Positions 57,630 to 64,000 of a stretch of DNA of 64,000 nt are shown in pieces. Positions within the stretch are counted from its first letter, which is position 1; the number at the start of each line of letters is the position of its first letter. The stretch is from assembly GCA_963708025.1 (NCBI GenBank), contig CAVPSB010000022.1:64001-128000 (forward strand), written 5' to 3'. A model generated the notes under the pieces. That model did no database searches and was not told the origin of the DNA. It worked only from the letters and a program-made list of their open reading frames with translations. Position numbers and translations under genes: made by a program. The DNA comes from an uncultured Candidatus Rokubacteria bacterium (lineage in GTDB: Bacteria; Methylomirabilota; Methylomirabilia; Rokubacteriales; DASRDR01).

Positions 57630-58270
57630 CGCCTGGCGAGTGTCCGGATCGCCCGCCGAGCGCCTCCCGCGCCAGAACGCCGTAGCGCGCGCCCTCCGGA
57701 TCGAGGTCCGAGCGCATGAGGTGCACCGCCTCCACCCGGCTCTCGCCCAGCGCGCTCCCCGGTCCCGTCCAGCAGCTCGCCGATCCCCGAGGCGCCGCGC
57801 GGCTCCCGGGCCCGCCCGAGCGTCACGTGGGGGTGGAACCCGCGACCCTCGGGCGCGATGCCGCAGCGGGCCAGCGCCGCCTCCAGCCGCGCGTGCAGCT
57901 CGACCAGGGGCTCGGCGCCGGCGGTCAGCCCCACCCAGATCACCCGCGGCGCGTGCGCCGCGGGAAAGCCGCCGAACCCGCCGAGGGCCAGCCGGAACGG
58001 CGCGATCCCCGAGGCGGCCTCGGTGAGCGCTTCCCGCGCCCGGCCGAGCGTCGCCTCGTCCACGGAGCCCAGGAAGCGGAGCGTCACGTGGAGGTTCTCC
58101 GCCCGCACCCACGAGACCGCCCCCGCCCGTCTCCGGAGCTCCGCGGCCGCCTCGTCCACTCGGGCCCGCACCGCCTCGGGCAGCAGCACCGCCACGAAGC
58201 TCCGGATCCCACGCGCCGCGTCGCCCTCACCCCGCGGCCGCTCCCGATCCTTCGCGCCGCGACGCCTCAT
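57626..58270 (-). CDS. thpR: RNA 2',3'-cyclic phosphodiesterase (2H; C-terminal frameshift)
   Basis: RSFVAV, WV..ENLHVTLRFLG, PRVIWVG, FHPHVTLGR; located between cinA and recA. Confidence 0.88.
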   Translation of the reverse strand: MRRRGAKDRERPRGEGDAARGIRSFVAVLLPEAVRARVDEAAAELRRRAGAVSWVRAENLHVTLRFLGSVDEATLGRAREALTEAASGIAPFRLALGGFGGFPAAHAPRVIWVGLTAGAEPLVELHARLEAALARCGIAPEGRGFHPHVTLGRAREPRGASGIGELLDGTGERAGREPGGGGAPHALGPRSGGRALRRSGAGGARRAIRTLARR

Positions 58271-58448
58271 CGTCGAGCAACCGCCGTGCCACGCGCGTCA
58301 GCCCGCGCGAGGCCCGCCGATCCAGTCGGATTCACGATCGCACGAGGCCCGCGACCCGGCACCCCGCGGATACACCCCGTACTCGCCAGTCCCACTCACT
58401 GTCCTACCCTTCGGTCTCGACAAGGCAGCCACCGGCCCGGGCCGAGAC

Positions 58449-58551
58449 CCGAGCAGCCCTAGGACGCAGGGAGTCGCCGACCGCAGGCGTACTCCGAGTA
58501 CGCCGAGGATCGGCGACGACCGAGGACGACGGGATCGCGACGGGTATCGGC
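58449..58551. repeat. Repeat family B (copy 2)
   Basis: Reverse complement of 14982-15130 without that copy's two inserts. Confidence 0.85.
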
Positions 58552-58559
58552 CCGGGCCG

Positions 58560-59795
58560 TCACCCACGCTCCAGGCAGTAGCGCCGCAGCAGATCCAGCC
58601 CCCTCAGCGCGGACAGCGCCTTGTTGCCCTCGCGGTCGCGGTGGAACCGGTAGTGCTCCACCCTGGCGGCCCGGGCGTCGGCGAATCCGATGAACACGGT
58701 GCCGACGGGCTTGGCCGCGCTGCCGCCGTCGGGCCCCGCGATCCCGGTGACCGAGAGCCCGAGGTCCGTCCCGGCGTGGCCGCGGACGCCGCGTGCCATC
58801 GCCTCCGCGCACTCGGCCGACACCGCGCCGTGGCGGGCCAGCAGCGGCTCGGGCACGCCGAGGAGGGTCTGCTTCGCGGCGTTCGAGTAGACGACCAGGC
58901 CACGCTCGAAGTAGCGCGAGCTGCCGGCGATGTCGGTCAGCCGGTGGGCGATCAGGCCCCCGGTGCAGGACTCGGCGAGGGCCACGGTGAGCCCTCGCTC
59001 GTTGAGCAGCCGCCCGACGACGGCCTCCAGCCGCTCGTCGTCGGTGCCGTACCAGGCGAGCCCCAGGGCATCCCGCAGCGCCGGCGTCAGCTCGGCGAAG
59101 CGCTGCTCGGCGGCGGCCGCCGTCGGCTCGTGCAGCGCCAGGCGCACCCACACCTCGCCGGCCACCTCGGCCGGCCGGGCGCTCGCCGTGGCGGTGCCCC
59201 GCAGCGCGCCGTCGAGCCGCGCCGCGGCCTCGGCGGGGTCGAGGCCGATCAGCCGGAGCGTCCGGACGATCGTGACGGGCTCCCCGCCCCGCGGCGCCAC
59301 CCGCGGGAGGAGGTGCTCGGTGGCGAGCGCCGTCGCGGCGCCGGCGTCGTCCGGCAGGAGCGCCACCAGGGTCGCTCCGGCCTCCACGAGCAGGCCCGGC
59401 TCCCCAGGGGCGGCCACCAGGACCGTGGCGCCGCGGGGCACCAGGGCCAGCGCCTCGGCGCGGCGCGGCATGGCGCGGCCCTGGCGCGCGTAGGCGGTCG
59501 CGAGTGCGTCGAGCGCGCTGTCGCTCAGGACCAGGCGGGCGCCCAGCAGACGGGCCAAGGCCTGTCGCGCGGCATCGGCCCCGTCCCCGTCGCCGAGGCA
59601 CACGACGAGGCCGCCCGCCTCGACGGCCTGGCGGAGGGCGCGGTCGACCTCCTCCTCCTCCAGCGCCACCAGCCGCTGGCCGCGAACCACCACCCCGTGT
59701 CGCGTGAAGAGCCGCGCGAGCGTCGCGGCCGTCGCGGATCCCGCATCGCCGGCCACAGCGGGGTCCGGTGTGAGCGTGAGCAACTCGACCGTCAT
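58560..59795 (-). CDS. cinA: CinA-like protein (C-terminal NMN deamidase PncC; degenerate N-terminal domain)
   Basis: ALAESCTGG, GSSRYFERG.VVYSN.AK, HGAVS..A.AMA, SVTGIAGPDGG..KPVGTV. Confidence 0.88.
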   Translation of the reverse strand: MTVELLTLTPDPAVAGDAGSATAATLARLFTRHGVVVRGQRLVALEEEEVDRALRQAVEAGGLVVCLGDGDGADAARQALARLLGARLVLSDSALDALATAYARQGRAMPRRAEALALVPRGATVLVAAPGEPGLLVEAGATLVALLPDDAGAATALATEHLLPRVAPRGGEPVTIVRTLRLIGLDPAEAAARLDGALRGTATASARPAEVAGEVWVRLALHEPTAAAAEQRFAELTPALRDALGLAWYGTDDERLEAVVGRLLNERGLTVALAESCTGGLIAHRLTDIAGSSRYFERGLVVYSNAAKQTLLGVPEPLLARHGAVSAECAEAMARGVRGHAGTDLGLSVTGIAGPDGGSAAKPVGTVFIGFADARAARVEHYRFHRDREGNKALSALRGLDLLRRYCLERG

Positions 59796-59797
59796 TT

Positions 59798-59890
59798 GGG
59801 TCCACCCCCACCCATTGACGGCCTTCGGCCTGTGGCGACCCCTCCCCACCAGTTGGACGGCCTTCGGCCTGTGGCGGGGGGAGGGGGGGC
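59798..59890. repeat. Palindromic intergenic repeat, family C (two modules)
   Basis: GACGGCCTTCGGCCTGTGGCG occurs twice within a CCCCACCC..CCCCTCCCCAC..GGGGGGAGGGGGG backbone. Confidence 0.8.
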
Positions 59891-59949
59891 GCCCCGTAGT
59901 CCCCACGGGGTACGAGGTCGGCGGAACGAGTGGATTGACACCGGGCGTC

Positions 59950-60426
59950 TCATGCCCGCAGCCAGACGAGGTGGGTGAGCCACCCGAGGAGGCCCGCGTA
60001 GACCCCGGCGAGGAGATCGTCGACGACGATGCCCCAGCCGCCCGGGAGATCCTGGAGCCGGTGGATCGGGAAGGGCTTCCAGACGTCCATCACGCGGAAG
60101 AGGACGAAGAGCAGGAGCGCCCAGCCGAGCCCCGGCGGCGCGGCGAGCATCGCGACGAGCATCCCCGCCACCTCGTCCACGACGATGCTCCTCGGATCGT
60201 GCTCACCGGCGCGGGCCTCCTCCCGGCCCGCCGCCCAGATGCCGACGGCGGTCACGATCGCGGTCACCCCGAGGAGCCAGGACCGGGGCGGCGCCCACGC
60301 CCAGACGAGCAGCGCGACGGGGAGGCTGGTGACGCTGCCGGGCGCGAACGGCGCGTACCCGAGCCCGCCCGTGGTGGCGATCCACCGGGCGAGCGCGTCG
60401 CCCCGCGACGTCGCGGTGGGGCTCAC
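59950..60426 (-). CDS. pgpA: Phosphatidylglycerophosphatase A
   Basis: GLGYAPFAPG, HDP..IVVDEVAG, FR..DVWKPFPI, GG.GIVVDDLLAG.Y. Confidence 0.92.
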   Translation of the reverse strand: MSPTATSRGDALARWIATTGGLGYAPFAPGSVTSLPVALLVWAWAPPRSWLLGVTAIVTAVGIWAAGREEARAGEHDPRSIVVDEVAGMLVAMLAAPPGLGWALLLFVLFRVMDVWKPFPIHRLQDLPGGWGIVVDDLLAGVYAGLLGWLTHLVWLRA

Positions 60427-60435
60427 CCGGGGCGC

Positions 60436-61767
60436 TCAGGAGCGGGGAACGGCCTCGCCGACCAGATCGTACCCGTCGACCTCGACGATGCGGACCGGCA
60501 CCCGCTGTCCGGGGCGCAGGCCGGCGTCCCGGAGGTAGACCACGCCGTCGATCTCCGGCGCCTGGCCGGCGGTACGCCCTTCCCAGGGAAACGCCGGGTC
60601 CTCGCTGGGCCCGTCCACGAGCACCTCCTGCACGGTGCCGAGGAGCGCCTGCTGGCGCGGCCACGCGAGCCGGTCCTGGGTCTCCTCGACGAGCCGGGCG
60701 CGCTCCGCCGCGACGTCGGACGGCACCGCGCCGGGCAGCGCCGCCGCCGGCGTCCCCTCCTCCGCGGAGTAGGTGAAGGCGCCGACGCGGTCGAAGGCGA
60801 CCTCCTCGAGAAACGCCAGCAGGCTCTCGAACGCCGCCTCCGTCTCCCCCGGGAAGCCGACGAGGACGGTCGTGCGCAGCGTGGCGCCCGGCATCGCCGC
60901 GCGGAGGGCGGCGACGATCTCGGCCATCCGCCGCCGGGTCACGCCGCGGCGCATGGCGCGCAGCAGTCCGTCGTCGGCGTGCTGGATCGGCATGTCGAGG
61001 TAGGGCAGCGCCCGCGCGCGGGCCAGCTTGGCGATGAGGCGATCGTGGAGGTGGGCCGGGTGGAGGTAGTGGTAGCGGATCCAGGGCACCGGCGTGTCGC
61101 CGAGTGCCTGGAGCAGGTCGCCGAAGTCGGGGCGGTCCGGGCCCGGCAGGTCCTTCCCGTAGGCCAGCGTGTCCTGGGAGACGAGCACGACCTCCGCCAC
61201 CCCGGCCCGTCCCAGCGCCGTCACCTCGGCCACGACGTCGGCCACCGGGCGGCTCCGGTGGCTGCCCCGCATCAGGGGGATCGCGCAGAAGGTGCAGCCC
61301 ATGTCGCAGCCCTCGGCGATCTTCACGTAGGCGTAGGGGACGCGGCCGAGCCGCACGCGCGGGGCGTCGGCGCGGTAGACGTAGCCGGGCGGCGCCCCCG
61401 TCACCCACTCCCGGCGCGCGTCGAGCCGGCCGACGACGTCCACGATGCGCCCCAGCTCGCCGGTCCCGAGGATCGCGTCGATCTCGGGCATCGCCTCCAG
61501 CAGCTCGGCGCCGTAGCGCTGGGGGAGGCACCCGGTGACGACCAGCCGCCGCCCGGGCGCCCGGCGCTTCCACGCCCCGAGCTCGAGGATCGCGTCGATC
61601 GACTCGGCCTTGGCGCGCTCGATGAAGGCGCAGGTGTTGACGACCAGGCAATCGGCCGCTCCCGGCTGCTCGACGGCGGTGACCCCGGCGCGGGCGAGGG
61701 CGCCGAGCATCAGCTCCGCGTCGACCTGATTCTTGGGGCAGCCGAGGCTGACGAGGTGGACGTTCAT
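60436..61767 (-). CDS. rimO: Ribosomal protein S12 methylthiotransferase
   Basis: SLGCPKN.VD, VNTCAFI..AK.ESI, VTGCL.QRY, KIAEGCDMGCTFCAIP, YLDMPIQH, APEIDG.V. Confidence 0.94.
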   Translation of the reverse strand: MNVHLVSLGCPKNQVDAELMLGALARAGVTAVEQPGAADCLVVNTCAFIERAKAESIDAILELGAWKRRAPGRRLVVTGCLPQRYGAELLEAMPEIDAILGTGELGRIVDVVGRLDARREWVTGAPPGYVYRADAPRVRLGRVPYAYVKIAEGCDMGCTFCAIPLMRGSHRSRPVADVVAEVTALGRAGVAEVVLVSQDTLAYGKDLPGPDRPDFGDLLQALGDTPVPWIRYHYLHPAHLHDRLIAKLARARALPYLDMPIQHADDGLLRAMRRGVTRRRMAEIVAALRAAMPGATLRTTVLVGFPGETEAAFESLLAFLEEVAFDRVGAFTYSAEEGTPAAALPGAVPSDVAAERARLVEETQDRLAWPRQQALLGTVQEVLVDGPSEDPAFPWEGRTAGQAPEIDGVVYLRDAGLRPGQRVPVRIVEVDGYDLVGEAVPRS

Positions 61768-61888
61768 GAAGACGGCTCAGTATAGCACTCGGCCAATTCG
61801 GGAGCCCGTCGGGCCAGGCCTTGCTCGGGCTTCCATGCATCGCGACGCCGCGCCCGCTCCTGTCCGAGCGCCGGCTCCGCCGGCGCAA

Positions 61889-61927
61889 CCGAAGGGGGAA
61901 TCGGGGGGTCTTCCGAGACCCCAGAAA
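61889..61927. repeat. Palindromic repeat family E (copy 2)
   Basis: See 40346-40385; lies directly after the cyclase stop codon. Confidence 0.55.
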
Positions 61928-63042
61928 CTACGTCAGCGCCACCACGTTGAACGCGGGCACGGGCTTCAGGAGCCCCTTGAGCGCGAGCTCGCCGACGGGC
62001 TCGGCCTCCACCAGCCGCTCCACGGCCGCGAGCACGCGACGGGAGACCAGGATCTGGCCCGGCCGCGCCTCGCCGCAGAGCCGCGCGGCCAGGTTGGTCA
62101 CGGTGCCGATGGCCCCGTAGTCCCAGCGCCCCTCGAAGCCGATGGCGCCGATCGTGGCGTACCCCTGGGCGATGCCCACCCCGAAGTCCAGCTCGTAGCC
62201 CTGCTTGCGCCACCCCGCGGTCAGCGCGGCCAGCCGCTCGCGCATCGCCACCGCCATCCGAACCGCCCGCTCGCCCGGGTTCGGGATCGGCACCGGATCG
62301 TTGAAGAAGACCATCATCCCGTCGCCGGCGAAGCGCTCGAGCGTGCCCTCGTGGGCGAGGATCAGCGCCCCCATCGCGGCGTGGTACTCGCGGAGGACGC
62401 CCATGACCTCCTCCGGCTCGGCCGTCTCGGCGAAGGCGGTGAAGCCCCGGAGGTCGAGGAAGACGACCGTCACGTCGCGCCGGTGGGTGCGGAGCGGATC
62501 GTCGGCGCTCCCGGCGACGATCGCCTCGGCGAGCTGGGGGGAGAAGAACCGCTTGAGCCGCCCCAGGCGCTCGAGCTGGCCGACCTGCTCCTCGACCCGC
62601 CGCTCGAGGGTCCGGTTCGCGTCGCCGCAGCTGGGCGGCGAGCCCCTGGACCGTGTCGTGCAGCTCCTTGATGCGGAGCATCGACTTCACCCGGGCCACC
62701 AGGGCGGCCTGGTCCACCGGCTTGGTGAGGTACTCGTCGCCGCCCGCCTCCAGCCCGGCGACCACGTCCTTCGAGTCGCCCAGGGCCGTCACCAGGATGA
62801 TCGGCGCGAACGGCAGGGTCGGATCGCCCCGGAGGCGCCGGCAGACCTCCAGCCCGTCGCACTTCGGCATCATGACGTCCAGGAGGATCAGGTCGGGCTG
62901 CGCGTCGCGGGCGAGGGCGAGCGCCTCCTCGCCGTCGCCGGCGGTGAGGACCTCGTAGCCCTGGGACGGCCAGCCGCGTCCGGAGGATGTCCACGTTCAT
63001 CGGGTTGTCGTCGGCGACCAGGATCCGGGGCGGACTCCTCAC
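61928..63042 (-). CDS. Response regulator-class III adenylate/guanylate cyclase (two frameshifts)
   Basis: Receiver ILVADDN..., LLDVMMP, GGDEYLTKP; cyclase VVFLDLRGFT, ERFAGDG, YGAIGTVTNLAARL. Confidence 0.88.
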
Positions 63043-63404
63043 CCGAGGAACTCGCGCATCTTGGCCAGGAGCGCCCGCGGGCTGAAGGGCTTGGTCACGT
63101 AGGCGTCGCAGCCGGCCTCCAGCGCCTTCACGTCGTCGCCGGAGAGCGCGTAGGAGGTCACCGCGATGATCGGGATCGCCCGGAGGGCGGGCTGCGCCTT
63201 GATCCGCCGGGTCGTCTCGTAGCCGTCGAGGCCGGGGAGCTGGATGTCCATCAGGATGAGATCGGGGCGCTCGCGCTCGGCGAGCGTGATACCCTCCTCG
63301 CCGGTGAGGGCCTCGATCATCTCGTAGCCGGCGGCGGTGAGGAGATCGCGCATGATGCGCCGGTTCTCCTCGTGGTCCTCGACGACCAGGATCCGCCGGC
63401 TCAC
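63039..63404 (-). CDS. Single-domain response regulator (DivK-like)
   Basis: ILVVED, PDLILMDIQLP..DG, IIAVTSYA, GCDAYVTKP. Confidence 0.92.
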   Translation of the reverse strand: MSRRILVVEDHEENRRIMRDLLTAAGYEMIEALTGEEGITLAERERPDLILMDIQLPGLDGYETTRRIKAQPALRAIPIIAVTSYALSGDDVKALEAGCDAYVTKPFSPRALLAKMREFLG

Positions 63405-64000
63405 GAGCTGCCCGCCTGGCGCTCGACGCGCACCGGCACCGTGACCGTGAACGTCGAGCCGCGCCCCGGCGCCGAGTCCACCGCGAGGCGGCCGCCGTGC
63501 AGCTCGACGATGCGCCGCGCGATGGAGAGCCCGAGGCCGGTGCCGCCCTTCTTGCGCGTCGCGGAGCTGTCGGCCTGCTGGAACTCCTCGAAGATCCGGG
63601 GCTGGTCGGCCGGCGCGATGCCGGGGCCGGTGTCGGCGACCGCGACGACGAAGGCGCCGTCGCTCACGCGAGCGTCGATCCGCACCTCGCCCGCCTCGGT
63701 GAACTTCAGCGCGTTGCCGACCAGGTTCAGGAGCACCTGGGTGAGCCGCCGCTCGTCGCCGCGGCCACGCGGAAGATCCGGGGCGACGGCGGCCTTCAGC
63801 GCGAGCTTCTTCTCGGCCGCCAGGGACTCCACCGCGGTGACGACCGTGTGGACCACCTCCTTCATCGAGTAGTCCCCGAGCGTGAGCACGAGCTGGCCGG
63901 CCTCGATCTTGGAGAGATCCAGGACGTCGTTGATCAAGCCCAGCAGGTGCCGCCCGCTCCTGTCTACCCGCTCCATGACCTCGGCGATCTTCGGGGGCAC
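63401..64000 (-). CDS. Sensor histidine kinase, C-terminal part (5' end outside the window)
   Basis: LINDVLDLSKIEAG, QVLLNLVGNALKFT, DTGPGI, FEEFQQ, GGTGLGL. Confidence 0.92.
   Translation of the reverse strand: MPPKIAEVMERVDRSGRHLLGLINDVLDLSKIEAGQLVLTLGDYSMKEVVHTVVTAVESLAAEKKLALKAAVAPDLPRGRGDERRLTQVLLNLVGNALKFTEAGEVRIDARVSDGAFVVAVADTGPGIAPADQPRIFEEFQQADSSATRKKGGTGLGLSIARRIVELHGGRLAVDSAPGRGSTFTVTVPVRVERQAGSS

Overview
High-GC bacterial chromosomal window of mostly housekeeping genes. Gene content and style suggest Candidatus Rokubacteria/Methylomirabilota; this is inference, not tested. It holds Fe3+-type and sugar-type ABC genes, bamD-ltaE-oppDF-amrB, ABC-F, alaC-hom-thrC and lysC, two large TPR proteins, and rarA-ddl-murG. 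Further along are a divergent polyamine cluster (speD-speE-maf versus pdaD-speB plus two paralogous SAM methyltransferases), a decayed Ig/PKD accessory cassette, alaS, tldD/tldE, two DinB genes, recX, recA with a LAGLIDADG-type intein, thpR, cinA, pgpA, rimO and a histidine kinase-response regulator-adenylate cyclase module. Many genes between about 30 and 63 kb carry single-base indels, including essential genes, so these are most likely long-read consensus errors. The most notable non-standard signals are five families of dispersed palindromic repeats (several appear co-opted as ribosome-binding sites, N-termini or a coupled small ORF), a 107-bp MITE, the recA intein and the methyltransferase-extended polyamine operon. 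I recognised no rRNA, tRNA or CRISPR array.
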